64,000 nt of DNA from Candidatus Latescibacterota bacterium (GCA_965237675.1 OZ250150.1:384001-448000), one strand, 5' to 3'. Positions 9,534 to 19,652 are shown, counted from the stretch's first letter. Program-made: numbers and translations. Notes: generated by a model from the sequence alone, not told the origin.

Positions 9534-9802
9534 TGCCAAAGTTCCGAATCAATGCGTCGCTCGGAGTCAAATTTCTGTTGGATTCGAGCAAACTCATTTT
9601 CGTCCCAACGTCCGAACAGGTGATCCAGGTCGTTATGGATCGCGGTGAACCGACGTGATTTGTTTAGTCCGAACTGTTTTCGCAATGCGTCCAGTGCCGT
9701 CTGGTTCATGCTCTTGCCTTCCCGCTCGGCCACCTCCCTCAACTTGGCGGCAAGCTGGGGGTCCAGCCCACGCAGGGTCATGCTCTTCAGAACATCCGCC
9801 AA
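9530..9802 (-). CDS. FitA/VapB-like ribbon-helix-helix antitoxin
   Basis: KSMTLRGLDPQLAAKLREVAEREGKSMNQ (Arc/RHH fold); C-terminus DLDHLFGRW...IDSELW; TTG start with AAGGGAG RBS. Confidence 0.75.
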   Translation of the reverse strand: MADVLKSMTLRGLDPQLAAKLREVAEREGKSMNQTALDALRKQFGLNKSRRFTAIHNDLDHLFGRWDENEFARIQQKFDSERRIDSELWQ

Positions 9803-9895
9803 GGCGCACTCCCTTCTTGAAATACAATCAATATATGATGGCAAAATGATCTCATTATACGTGATCATTCTCCGCAGTTCAAGCATCATCCGTAT

Positions 9896-10310
9896 GCCAC
9901 CTTTGAAGCAACGGACGTCGAGGGGATTCGGCGCAGGTTCTGCCGCTCCATCGACGAGTACCTCAGAAGCTGTTTTAAAATTACCGGTGAGTTCCCGAGC
10001 GCGAGCGAAAAAGTGACGGTCAAGGCGGGAAAATCCGCCTATGAGAGGCGAGGGGCGCGCAGCCTCGACTAAAGATACGGGTGGGTTTGACCAACGCCGA
10101 CCGGCGCTTTTGCAGCCGCGCGAAGACCGCTGGGGATTTTAAAACAGCTTCTCAGAGCCGTGAGGAAGACGACATCAAGCCTGAGTAGCCGTTCTCAGGC
10201 AAACTTAATGTACGGGTCTGGCCAGACGCTCAGCAGCGCGTTGCACACCAGGCGGCAAAGAACGGTCTGAGCTTGAATAGCCGGAGCACGCAAGCGCTGG
10301 GACGAGCCTG
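9896..10310 (+). pseudogene. decayed HicB-family antitoxin interrupted by a MITE
   Basis: ATFEATDVEGIRRRFCRSIDEYL [MITE] REEDDIKPE*PFSGKLNVRVWPDAQQRVAHQAAKNGLSLNS...QAL; in-frame TAG at 10186 and a frameshift. Confidence 0.7.
9966..10151. mobile_element. 186-bp MITE (IS5/IS1031-like ends)
   Basis: Perfect 16-bp TIRs GAAGCTGTTTTAAAAT / ATTTTAAAACAGCTTC; TCA direct repeats at 9963-9965 and 10152-10154. Confidence 0.85.
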
Positions 10311-10399
10311 CCCGAGTAGTATCAAGACCCTGGACGATGTAGTCTTGCCGTCGCGTTATTGAGCCTCCTCCAAAAAAGTGGCGCAGAGGCAAAGCCTCT

Positions 10400-11461
10400 T
10401 CAGCGGATTTTTCCGCGCGCGTGCACCGGCCAGGTCGCTTCGACCTTTCCGTTTCGCGTGGCAACCATTTCATCGTGTTCGTTGACGCAGGGGCAGGGGT
10501 GAACGGGAAGCACTTGCACACGCTCGCCGATTTCCGGTTTGTCCGCGCATCCGGATATATCCACGTGGCCGTGCTCTTCGGAGGCGATTCCGATCCGGGC
10601 ATCCGGGTATTCGACGATGTGACCCATGCAATCTCCCCGGTCGGTCTTATAAATGGATGCGCTCAGCGCTTTGCTTCCGGCGTCCAGGAACATACGGTCT
10701 TCGGTGGGCCTGCTCACGACGGTCGTGATCACGCGGAGCGCGCATTGCTCCAGGGTGTGGCGGCCTTCGGCAAGGTGCATTGCGCCGCCCACCGTGTATT
10801 CGCCCGCGCGGTACTCGGTGAGTTCCGGGATTTCGTGCGCGTCCATGGCGTGGGGCGTGCCGCCGCCGCTTACAACGGCGCGAGGCAGGCCGGCCCTGTC
10901 GAACAGGTCTATGGTCTCCTGAATGAGCGGTCTTGATTCGGGTGGCGTGGGAAAGCCCATGAATCCCCGGAGTTCCAGACCGGGGAGGTCGTGGACGAGT
11001 TTCGCCAGTTCCGTGGCTTGCCTGGGCGTGGGAACGCCCGTGCGTTCAAATCCCATTTCGACTTCGATCAGAATGCCGATGGAAACGCCTTCAGCGTCGG
11101 CCGCTCCGGAGAGTCCACGCACGGTGAATTCAGAGTCCGGTGCAATGGTAATCGGCAGTCGTTTCGCCAGGGCCGTAAGCCGGTCCAGCTTCTGTCTGCC
11201 CAGGATATTATAGGGAACAAGCAGGTCGGTGTGGATGCCACCCGCTGCCAGGACTTCGGCTTCGCCGAGCTTCTGACACGTCAGGCCTATGGCGCCATAC
11301 TTCAATTGCAACTGGGCGACGGCCAGGGTCTTGTGGGTCTTGATATGTGGACGGAAGCCGATGCCGTGTTTTTTGAAATAGCCGTGGTATCGATCCAGGT
11401 TTTCTTCCAGGGCGTCCAGATTGATGACAAGGACAGGCGTGTCCAGTTCGTCGATGCGCAT
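10400..11461 (-). CDS. D-threonine aldolase / DSD1-family PLP-dependent enzyme (alanine racemase fold)
   Basis: DTPVLVI, RPHIKTHK (PLP Lys), SGGGTP, LDAGSKAL, SEEHG, PVHPCPCVN. Confidence 0.9.
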   Translation of the reverse strand: MRIDELDTPVLVINLDALEENLDRYHGYFKKHGIGFRPHIKTHKTLAVAQLQLKYGAIGLTCQKLGEAEVLAAGGIHTDLLVPYNILGRQKLDRLTALAKRLPITIAPDSEFTVRGLSGAADAEGVSIGILIEVEMGFERTGVPTPRQATELAKLVHDLPGLELRGFMGFPTPPESRPLIQETIDLFDRAGLPRAVVSGGGTPHAMDAHEIPELTEYRAGEYTVGGAMHLAEGRHTLEQCALRVITTVVSRPTEDRMFLDAGSKALSASIYKTDRGDCMGHIVEYPDARIGIASEEHGHVDISGCADKPEIGERVQVLPVHPCPCVNEHDEMVATRNGKVEATWPVHARGKIR

Positions 11462-11765
11462 GCAGGGCTCCTTCGCCGGGAGTCGTCAGTTGGTCTTACC
11501 TGAATAAGAGATAGCTTGCACAGCGGCACAGGTCAAGGAATTTCGCAACCGGAGTACGTGGGATTGCTTTTTCCTTGACATGCTGCGTTTTCGGCCCAAA
11601 GTTAGTGTTGAAAACGGTCCGTTTGGGGTTAAGGATTGCGCATTCGGCACCGTGGCTTTGCTCTCGGAACGACCTGTCGATCGTGCGGGTTCCCGCCAGC
11701 CCGTCAGCACCGGCTGCCTGACGACCGGACCGGAAGGGGTCCGGATATTGGGCGGTCTTCGTTCC

Positions 11766-11794
11766 TTGACGGGGGATGGCGGGTTGGATAGTTT
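11766..11794 (+). promoter_or_regulatory. putative sigma70 promoter of GWxTD gene
   Basis: TTGACG-17 bp-TAGTTT, about 70 bp upstream of ATG 11864. Confidence 0.45.
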
Positions 11795-11863
11795 TCCATA
11801 GAGCAGTCCGTGCTGCTGACTCGATGCGCAAACGAACGGATAACCGGTTCCCGGAGGCAAACC

Positions 11864-14326
11864 ATGAAAAACGACATTTATCGCCGCAGCCCATACCGTC
11901 CGGTCCGCCTGTGTTTCTGGGTGTGGCTTCTGTCCGTATCGGTGGTGTCGGAAACCCCCGCGGCCAAGCAGACAACACACACGTACAGCCCGGCCGCTCG
12001 AGACTCGCTGATTTCAGCGACCGAGCAGCAGTTGCGTTCGGGAGCTTTTGAGGAAGCGGCCGAAATCCTTCGGCAGCTTGTCGAGGCATTTCCGGATGAC
12101 GCCGACCTCCAGACGCGCCAGGGGTACGCCTTGTTGAAGGCGAGAGATTTCGAATCCGCCATAAAGGCTTTCGAATCGGCCAAGAAACTCGATCCCGACC
12201 GTCCGGACACCCATGTGGGGCTCGGGCTGGCCCAGTTGAGAAAACCGGGAATGGGATTGGAGGCGCTTTTCAACTTTCGCCGGGCCGTGGGCGAATCCAA
12301 ATCCGCCATCCAGATCAACGCGGCTTACGGGCCGGCCTATCGGCTCCTGGGGGAGGCCTACGGACGATTTGAAGAAGACCACGAAAAGGCCATGGGCTAC
12401 TATATGACGTACATCGAGTTGGAACCCGACAACCCCGATGGACGCTACGAATTCGGGCTTTCGTGTATCCAACTCGGGCAGTACGAGAAAATCGACACCT
12501 ATATCACCCCCTTTGTCGAGAAGCACCCGTCTGAGACCCGACTGCTTTCACTGGCCGCGCAGGCGCATTTCTTCCTGGAGCGTTTCGGACGGGCGATGGA
12601 ACTCTTCGAGAGGTATCTGCAGACACTGGGCCACGCGGAGCGCGGTCTATATACCGACATTTCCCCGATTGCCTCGCAAGCGGAACTCGAAGAATACCGG
12701 GCCGCCACCGGCGAGGAACAGACGGCCTACCTGAAGAGGTTCTGGTTAAGCAGAGATTCCGATATCCTGACCGCGATTAACGAGAGGATTATCGAGCACT
12801 ACCGCCGTGTCTGGTACGCCCGGACCTTCTTCGCCATCGGGGCCAGCCCGTGGGACAGGCGAGGGGAGGTTTACATCCGTTACGGGGAGCCCGATTACCG
12901 ATCCCGGTCCACGCACAGGCAATTTGTGCAGAATCCAAAGGTTCAGGCCGTACGAGACAGGATGGCAGTCGCCCTCTACGGCGACGAGGCCGCCCTCCTG
13001 ACCTTTACCGGCCCCGTGTTTCCGGTTCGGGCGAATCGCAGTCACCTGGCGGCCACGCTCTTCGACAGGGAGGAGACGCAGGATGTATCCGGCTCGACAA
13101 CGGCTGACGACGAACTCGGAGTCGACGCCTCCCAGGTTTCGGCGCTGGCGGAGGGCGAAACGGACCCACTCGAGACACTTCGCGAAGGCAGCCGCTTCGA
13201 CGGGTTCGGGAATCTGAATACACGGCTCAATTTCGGAGGGTACGCACCGATCACACTGGACAACGAGGGCGGAACCGTGCCCTGGGAAACCTGGACGTAC
13301 ACGCGTATCGGAAACGGCATGGAAATCACGTTTACGGACGAAACGGGCACCGGAGCGTTCGACTTCGCGCCCATCCCTCCTCCGTCTCTGGATACGGCCC
13401 TTTCCCGGCTCTCCCGATTCACCGAGTACGCCCCGGGCGTTGTTTTTCGCAACGCGGTTGCCCGCATGCCCGATGTCTACCGTCCCAGGTTTCACCATCC
13501 CCCGCTGGACTTTTACTTCGACCTGGCCAGTTTCCGGGCGACGGAGGGCCAGACCACACTGGAGGTCTACTACGGAATACCCGCCGCACAGGTGAAGATC
13601 GCGCAAAGGCGCGACGTGTCTTATATCCAGGTCAAGTGCGCGCTGGCCCTGGCCAACGCGGATTACAGCAAGATTCACCGGATGGATTCCAGCCGCGCCT
13701 ACCGCGTCGCGAGCGATTACAGAGGATCCCAGAAAGCATTCATGCCGGAACTGCTCAAACTCCAGGTTCCACCTGGGAAATACGACCTTCAGGTCCAGAT
13801 CAAGGATCTGATTTCCGGGCACACCGGTATATACAGGCAGTCGGTGGAGGTGAGGAAATATCCCGAAGATCGGCTACGTATCAGCGATATTCAACTTGCC
13901 GCCACAATCGGAGACAAGAAACTCCAGGACCGATTCAAAAAAGGCGACGTGTGGGTTGTACCCATGCCAACCCGGAACTACCGGGGAGCCCAGCAGGTAT
14001 ACGCCTACTACGAGATCTACAACCTGAAGAAGGATAGATTCGGCCAGACGCGTTTCAAGGTAAAATACGTAGTGCGATACGTTTCGAAACCCATTCGCGG
14101 GGCCCTCGGATCGGTCGCGACCGGACTCCGCTCGCTTTTCAGAAGCAAGAAACCCCAGGTCTCGGTTTCGTACGAACACGAGGGAAACGAACCGAACGAA
14201 CAGGAATACCTGGAGATCGATCTCGGAAAGGTCAAACATGGGGTGAACATTCTCGAGGTGAAAATAGAGGATCTTGTCAGCGGCAAGAGCGAGGAACGCG
14301 AAATTCGTTTTCAGTACGGAGGTTAA
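11864..14326 (+). CDS. TPR-repeat, GWxTD-domain exported protein
   Basis: Signal-like N-terminus; TPR repeats; FW..RD, EHYRRVWYA, PWDRRGEVYIRYGEPD and WETWTY motifs; GGAGG RBS. Confidence 0.82.
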   Translation: MKNDIYRRSPYRPVRLCFWVWLLSVSVVSETPAAKQTTHTYSPAARDSLISATEQQLRSGAFEEAAEILRQLVEAFPDDADLQTRQGYALLKARDFESAIKAFESAKKLDPDRPDTHVGLGLAQLRKPGMGLEALFNFRRAVGESKSAIQINAAYGPAYRLLGEAYGRFEEDHEKAMGYYMTYIELEPDNPDGRYEFGLSCIQLGQYEKIDTYITPFVEKHPSETRLLSLAAQAHFFLERFGRAMELFERYLQTLGHAERGLYTDISPIASQAELEEYRAATGEEQTAYLKRFWLSRDSDILTAINERIIEHYRRVWYARTFFAIGASPWDRRGEVYIRYGEPDYRSRSTHRQFVQNPKVQAVRDRMAVALYGDEAALLTFTGPVFPVRANRSHLAATLFDREETQDVSGSTTADDELGVDASQVSALAEGETDPLETLREGSRFDGFGNLNTRLNFGGYAPITLDNEGGTVPWETWTYTRIGNGMEITFTDETGTGAFDFAPIPPPSLDTALSRLSRFTEYAPGVVFRNAVARMPDVYRPRFHHPPLDFYFDLASFRATEGQTTLEVYYGIPAAQVKIAQRRDVSYIQVKCALALANADYSKIHRMDSSRAYRVASDYRGSQKAFMPELLKLQVPPGKYDLQVQIKDLISGHTGIYRQSVEVRKYPEDRLRISDIQLAATIGDKKLQDRFKKGDVWVVPMPTRNYRGAQQVYAYYEIYNLKKDRFGQTRFKVKYVVRYVSKPIRGALGSVATGLRSLFRSKKPQVSVSYEHEGNEPNEQEYLEIDLGKVKHGVNILEVKIEDLVSGKSEEREIRFQYGG

Positions 14327-14628
14327 TGTTCGACCGGCGTGCGTTTCAAATGGCTCAGAAAACGGTGCCTGTTGCGGCGAATCGAGCCCTTCCGTCAATC
14401 GCTGCTTCGGCAGGGTTATCGTTCGCGTTCTTTACGGCGCTGGCCAGGGATTACATGGATATTATCCCGGAATCCGTTGCGGCCAGGGCATTGGTCGGAG
14501 GGCACCTGATCCTCTCGATCGGGTGGGGCCTGGTCGTGTTCGCTGCCGTGATGTCGTACATCCAACCGCAGATAGAGCGGATTTCCCTGCGGGAGAAAAC
14601 AGCCAGCCACGACCAGGGGTCCCCCTGA
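14326..14628 (+). CDS. small membrane protein (2 predicted TM helices)
   Basis: TAATG coupling with the upstream gene; two hydrophobic stretches. Confidence 0.5.
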   Translation: MFDRRAFQMAQKTVPVAANRALPSIAASAGLSFAFFTALARDYMDIIPESVAARALVGGHLILSIGWGLVVFAAVMSYIQPQIERISLREKTASHDQGSP

Positions 14629-14662
14629 CGTGCGCACGAAGGCTCTGGCACGGAGGTCAGCA

Positions 14663-17092
14663 ATGTTGAAACTACAGGTTTTGCAGGTTACGGTGAACCA
14701 GGTGCGGTTGGGCGTGGAACTGGCAGGTCACAACGGTGCCCGCATATACCGGTCGCGGCGGGCGTCCGGGCCCTACGAAGAGGTGGGGTTGGCGTTTGAC
14801 GAGACGTATGACGATACCGTGCACCTGGAACCCGGAAAGACCTATTTCTACCTCGCCGTGGAGTGGCGGGCGCCCAGTCTGTATCCGGAAACGAGCAGCC
14901 TCAGGGAAGGAAGTCCGCTTCGGGTTACCGTACCCAGGGCGCAGAAGGAGCGGCGTTTCGTGCTGACGGGGAAGCACGAGGAATTCACGATTTCAATGGG
15001 GGGGTACCTGGACGAATCGAATACGGTGACGGTGGGCCCGGAAGTCTACTGTCCCGGTCCAAATTCGAGTATGCCGCCGTACGATCAGGCCTTCGAGCCC
15101 AACCGGTACGTCGCCATCGAGAACGTGGGAGACACGGACGTGGAGAACCCGTGGGTGGTGGCCAACGGTCAGCGGGACTGGTGGTCGGCGGAGACGATGG
15201 CGAAAGAGATCGCCGGCATCGCCGGCGGCGGCGGGCTGAACGACGGGGACAAGATGATGGCGATCTGGAAATTCGTGGTCGACGAGCTTTACGACAGCCG
15301 GATCGGTATGTCCTGGTTCGACCAGACCAGCGACCCCGTCAGACTCTTCAACGTCTACGGGTTCGAGGGCTGTGTGGCCAACGCCATCACGAGCCGGCGC
15401 CTCGCGGAGGCGATGGGCGTGGAGGGCCGGGAAATCTGGCTGGGAGGCACCATCGACGGACACGGACGCGGGCGCAGTTGCGGGCACGATATCTTCGAGG
15501 CGTTCGCGGACGGGGCATGGCATTTTCTGGATACGGATCTCATGGTGTTTTTTCTGAAACGGGACAACAGGACGGTTGCCGGTTCCGAAGACCTGTCCAG
15601 GGATATCGACCTGCTGCGCCGCTCCCACCGCAACCTGGGCCTGTGCGGGCGCGACCTGCCCGGGAAGGACTATTACTACACGCCTTTTCGGGAACGCCAG
15701 TTCGTATATCCTCCCAACAAGGGCGGCGCCTGGATGGACGCCGCGGGAAAGATAAAACAGACCCCGGGGGAATTCCCGCCCGCACAAACAATGGCGTTAC
15801 GGCTGCGCCCGGGAGAGAAACTCATCCGCTACTGGGACAATGTCGGAAAGAATGTGATCCGGGGGAAGCGGCTTTACCCGACCGTACGGTATTCCAACGG
15901 CAAACTGGCCTACCGGCCCGACCTGCGCAACCCGCTTGCTTTGAAGGGGACCGAACGGACGAAGAACGTCGTACAGGAAACCGGTAGGCGCGTTGCACTG
16001 CATCCGGAAAAGGAAGGGGAGGTTTCGGAGGTGGTGTGGCGTGTGGCGTCGCCCTACGCGATTGCAGGGGCGCGAGTGGGTATCAGATGTCGATGTGACA
16101 CGCAGGAAGACGGTCTGGAAGTGCTGTTTTCCAAAGATGGCGAAGACTGGCGCTCTTTGTGGGTCGCCATCGGGCGGAGGCTGGACGCCTCCGTGGAACT
16201 GGACTGGTATCTCAACCCGGCGCTGAACGATTGGCGTGGGGAGAAGGATCTGGGTTGGCGGATGGGCCCAGGTTACGAATACTACATCAAAGTGGCCATG
16301 TGGGCGGGATCCCGGCCCGAAGCGGTGGGTCTGGACGCGATCCGTTTCGATACGGACATCCAGTGCGCCACGCGGTCCCTGCCTTCGCTATTTTGCGGCG
16401 AGAATAAGATCGCCTACCGGGATGACGGCCCGGGGCAGCGGAAGGTGCAGGTGACGTATGGATGGAGGGAGGAGCGGTCCACCCGTCCACCGGGAGCCCC
16501 CGGGCTGGTGTACCCCGAGCCCGGATCCGACGTCGACTGCCTGGATTTCGAATTCCGGTGGAAGCGTCCGCGAGGGGGTAGCGGAAAGGTGGACGATTAC
16601 CATATCCAGGTCAGCCGATATGCGGATTTCAGGTGGTGCGTCTGCCCCGCGTTCGACCGGTACGTGGAAAGAACCGCTTATGCGGGCGGGACGAAATGGC
16701 AGGCGGAGTTTCCCAATCTGCTGAATCCTGACGAAACGTATTACTGGCGTGTCAGGGCGCGGAATGAAAAGGGCGTGTGGGGGCATTGGAGCGAGGTGCG
16801 AACCTTCGTGCCGCACGGGCCGCGTTTTCCTGTAGGTCTCAAAGTGGAGGGCAGGGGCAGAAAACGAACGCTGGTATGGTCCGCGAACGACGAAGGGAAC
16901 CGGGCGAAGCGTTATCTTGTGCACGGATGTGGGGAGCCCGGAGGATTTTCCGCAACGAATGGGAATCTGCTGGGTGATGTGGGTGAAGCCCGCTGGCCGT
17001 TGAACGACGCAGAGAAGGGGATGTCCTATCGGGTCGTGGCGGTGGATGCCGGCGGCGTCCCGAGCACACCGTCGGACTATGTAACGGTGTGA
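14663..17092 (+). CDS. hypothetical protein with transglutaminase-like (Cys-His-Asp) core and fibronectin-III-like domains
   Basis: GCVANA...GHDIFE...WHFLDTD; Fn3-like YYWRVRARN..GVWGHWS; GGAGG RBS. Confidence 0.7.
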   Translation: MLKLQVLQVTVNQVRLGVELAGHNGARIYRSRRASGPYEEVGLAFDETYDDTVHLEPGKTYFYLAVEWRAPSLYPETSSLREGSPLRVTVPRAQKERRFVLTGKHEEFTISMGGYLDESNTVTVGPEVYCPGPNSSMPPYDQAFEPNRYVAIENVGDTDVENPWVVANGQRDWWSAETMAKEIAGIAGGGGLNDGDKMMAIWKFVVDELYDSRIGMSWFDQTSDPVRLFNVYGFEGCVANAITSRRLAEAMGVEGREIWLGGTIDGHGRGRSCGHDIFEAFADGAWHFLDTDLMVFFLKRDNRTVAGSEDLSRDIDLLRRSHRNLGLCGRDLPGKDYYYTPFRERQFVYPPNKGGAWMDAAGKIKQTPGEFPPAQTMALRLRPGEKLIRYWDNVGKNVIRGKRLYPTVRYSNGKLAYRPDLRNPLALKGTERTKNVVQETGRRVALHPEKEGEVSEVVWRVASPYAIAGARVGIRCRCDTQEDGLEVLFSKDGEDWRSLWVAIGRRLDASVELDWYLNPALNDWRGEKDLGWRMGPGYEYYIKVAMWAGSRPEAVGLDAIRFDTDIQCATRSLPSLFCGENKIAYRDDGPGQRKVQVTYGWREERSTRPPGAPGLVYPEPGSDVDCLDFEFRWKRPRGGSGKVDDYHIQVSRYADFRWCVCPAFDRYVERTAYAGGTKWQAEFPNLLNPDETYYWRVRARNEKGVWGHWSEVRTFVPHGPRFPVGLKVEGRGRKRTLVWSANDEGNRAKRYLVHGCGEPGGFSATNGNLLGDVGEARWPLNDAEKGMSYRVVAVDAGGVPSTPSDYVTV

Positions 17093-17147
17093 GCGCCATC
17101 CGACCTGCGCGTTGCAGGGCGTCTCGACTATTTTACGGGGGTGACAT

Positions 17148-18197
17148 ATGAACGGACGTGAATACCGCGCGGTTATCGTGGGACTGACGGGAATCGGGGC
17201 CAAACGTCCGGCGGAAGCGGAGGATCTGCCGGTATACGGCGCCATGCCGGCGTCGCACGCCTCCGCCTATTACCGGTGTCCTCAGACCCGGCTGACCGGT
17301 GTCTGCGACCTGCGTGAGGAGGCGCTGGACGGATTCAGGGCGAACTGGAACGACGTGTGGCCCGAGATGCGTTATTACGTCGATTATCGGGAGATGCTGG
17401 AGGCCGAGGGCCCCGACCTGGTGAGCGTCGCGACGTCCGACCACTTCCACGCCGATATCGTTGTGGCCGCTGCTGAACGCGGCACGCCCGCGATACTTTG
17501 CGAGAAACCGCTGGCGACAACGCTCGAAGACGCCGACCGGATGATTGCCGCGGCCGAAGCGAGCGGGACCATTCTCTCAGTGGATCACTCCCGCAGGTGG
17601 TACCCACAGTACCTCAAGGCGCGTGAGATTGTCCGAAGCGGGCAGATCGGACCGCTGCGCACCATCGGGTGCGAGATGTTCGGTCCGCGGTCGATGTTGT
17701 TTCGCAACGGGACCCATGCCCTGGATACGGTCTGCTTTTTTGCCGACGAGGACCCTCAGTGGCTGGTGGCGGACCTGCAGGACGGGTTCGAACACTTCAC
17801 CGAGTATCAGGGAGGGGGAGGAAAGGATTCCGCAAGCGATCCGTATGCCTCGGCCTACATCCGGTTCGGGAATGGCGTAAGGGCCTTTTTCAACTCCTTC
17901 AAGACGGGGTTTTCCGGGTGGCGGTTCGTTCTGACGTGCGAGGACGGGCGGGTGGAAGCGACCGATACGTCCGCCAGGCTGATCCGCGGCGCCTCGTTCG
18001 AGACTTCCGAGATCGTTCCGGAGCATTACATGCTCCATTCCAAGGGCGCCATGGTGGCGGAATTGGCACACTTGCTTGAGCACGGAGGAGAACCGGTTTC
18101 TCCCGCTCGTGAGGCGAGGAAGTCGCTGGAGGTCATTCTGGGCATTCTGAAGTCGCATCACGCGGGAAACGCCCGGGTCGACTTTCCGATTTCCTGA
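17148..18197 (+). CDS. Gfo/Idh/MocA family oxidoreductase
   Basis: IVGLTGIG, DLVSVAT, CEKPLA, GTHALD. Confidence 0.9.
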   Translation: MNGREYRAVIVGLTGIGAKRPAEAEDLPVYGAMPASHASAYYRCPQTRLTGVCDLREEALDGFRANWNDVWPEMRYYVDYREMLEAEGPDLVSVATSDHFHADIVVAAAERGTPAILCEKPLATTLEDADRMIAAAEASGTILSVDHSRRWYPQYLKAREIVRSGQIGPLRTIGCEMFGPRSMLFRNGTHALDTVCFFADEDPQWLVADLQDGFEHFTEYQGGGGKDSASDPYASAYIRFGNGVRAFFNSFKTGFSGWRFVLTCEDGRVEATDTSARLIRGASFETSEIVPEHYMLHSKGAMVAELAHLLEHGGEPVSPAREARKSLEVILGILKSHHAGNARVDFPIS

Positions 18198-18209
18198 GGA
18201 GAACGCTAA

Positions 18210-19502
18210 ATGAAGATTGTGGATCCCGTTGCGGTCTGGGACGTGCGCCCGTGGGGGTGTCCGGCTTTCACCATCCGGGACTTTAACGGCGATGGGAAGA
18301 ACGAAGTTCTGTTCGTACAAAGCGCGGGTGCGCATGCCAACGAGGCGTTCGATCCGCGATTTTCCGACGTACAGGGGTATAAGACCGGCGTGGAAGACCA
18401 GGAGCTCTTTTGTCTGACCCTTACGGATGGGGCGGGTCAGATTCTCTGGCAGGTTGGCGAGCCCTGGGCGCTCGAGCGGCCCTTTTCCTGGAACGGAAGC
18501 AATTTCTGCGAGGTGGTGGACCTGGATGGAGACGGACAGATTGAGATTATGATCATCCACAAAGCCGAGTTGATGGTGTACAAAGGGGCCACGGGCGAGT
18601 TGTGCAGCCGGCATGAGTTGCCCCATTCGGGGTTTTATTTCTCCCGCGCGGTTCGAACCGATCACTCCGGAAAGTATCACATCTTTACAAAAAGCGTAAC
18701 GTCTTCCGCCACGCATGGCTACGGAAATCCCAGCCTGCTTCTGGATCACAACTTCAATGTGGTCTGGGAAAAAGAGGTGGACGGCGCCGGGCATGGGGGC
18801 AACTACGCCGACGTGGATGGAGACGGGCTGGACGAACTCCTGATCGGGTTCAGCCTGTTCGACCACGACGGAAGCCCCCTCTGGTCCCATCCACCCATGT
18901 CTCAGAACGACCACCTGGACGATTCGGTGATTGCGGATATCGACGGCGACGGACGGTTCGAGTTTGCGCTGGCCCACGACGGGCACGATGCGGTTGTTCA
19001 CGACACGGATGGAACCGTACGGTTCACCGTTCCGATGCACCACTGCCAGAACATCCTGCCGGGGAGATTCTTCGAAGCCGAAACCGGGCTTCAGTTGGCC
19101 TTTGTCGACAAGGCGATGGGGCGGGCGGAGGAACGGGAGGCCGCGGTCGTAAACGCCGATGGCAGGGAGTTGTCTCGCCACCGCACAATGGGCTATTACG
19201 CTGTTGTCGACTGGCCCACCGACGTGGGCCACGACAGCCTGATCCGCCAGGAATGGCCGGCCGAGACCGACGCCGACCACCGCGTGCTCTGGGTGGATCC
19301 CTCGGGCAGGGAACTGGCGCGGCTGAAGGTACGGAAGAATTTCCACGACCGGTTTCAGAAGTTCGGTCTCGAGTCCTTTCCCGCCGGAGGCCGGTATTTC
19401 GGCACGAGCCATACCGCGGCCATTGGAGATCTTGACGGGGATGGCAGTGAGGAGGTGCTTGTTTCGGATCGTGAGAAGGTATGGATCTTCAAGAAGCCAT
19501 GA
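18210..19502 (+). CDS. FG-GAP/Ca-binding beta-propeller protein (rhamnogalacturonan-lyase-like)
   Basis: Repeated DxD/NGDG..E motifs (DFNGDGKNE, DLDGDGQIE, DVDGDGLDE, DIDGDGRFE, DLDGDGSEE); GHG and DHLD motifs. Confidence 0.7.
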   Translation: MKIVDPVAVWDVRPWGCPAFTIRDFNGDGKNEVLFVQSAGAHANEAFDPRFSDVQGYKTGVEDQELFCLTLTDGAGQILWQVGEPWALERPFSWNGSNFCEVVDLDGDGQIEIMIIHKAELMVYKGATGELCSRHELPHSGFYFSRAVRTDHSGKYHIFTKSVTSSATHGYGNPSLLLDHNFNVVWEKEVDGAGHGGNYADVDGDGLDELLIGFSLFDHDGSPLWSHPPMSQNDHLDDSVIADIDGDGRFEFALAHDGHDAVVHDTDGTVRFTVPMHHCQNILPGRFFEAETGLQLAFVDKAMGRAEEREAAVVNADGRELSRHRTMGYYAVVDWPTDVGHDSLIRQEWPAETDADHRVLWVDPSGRELARLKVRKNFHDRFQKFGLESFPAGGRYFGTSHTAAIGDLDGDGSEEVLVSDREKVWIFKKP

Positions 19503-19652
19503 CCTTTCTCGTATTGGCCCGCGCCGAAACGTCGACGCCGAAGCGGTCGCCGGCGGACGGACGGGTCTTCCGGCGTGAGATACTTTTCGGGCTTGCGTCT
19601 TTGGAAAAATCGTCCGACCGATGGCACCCGGTTTACCGGAAAAAAGGAACCC

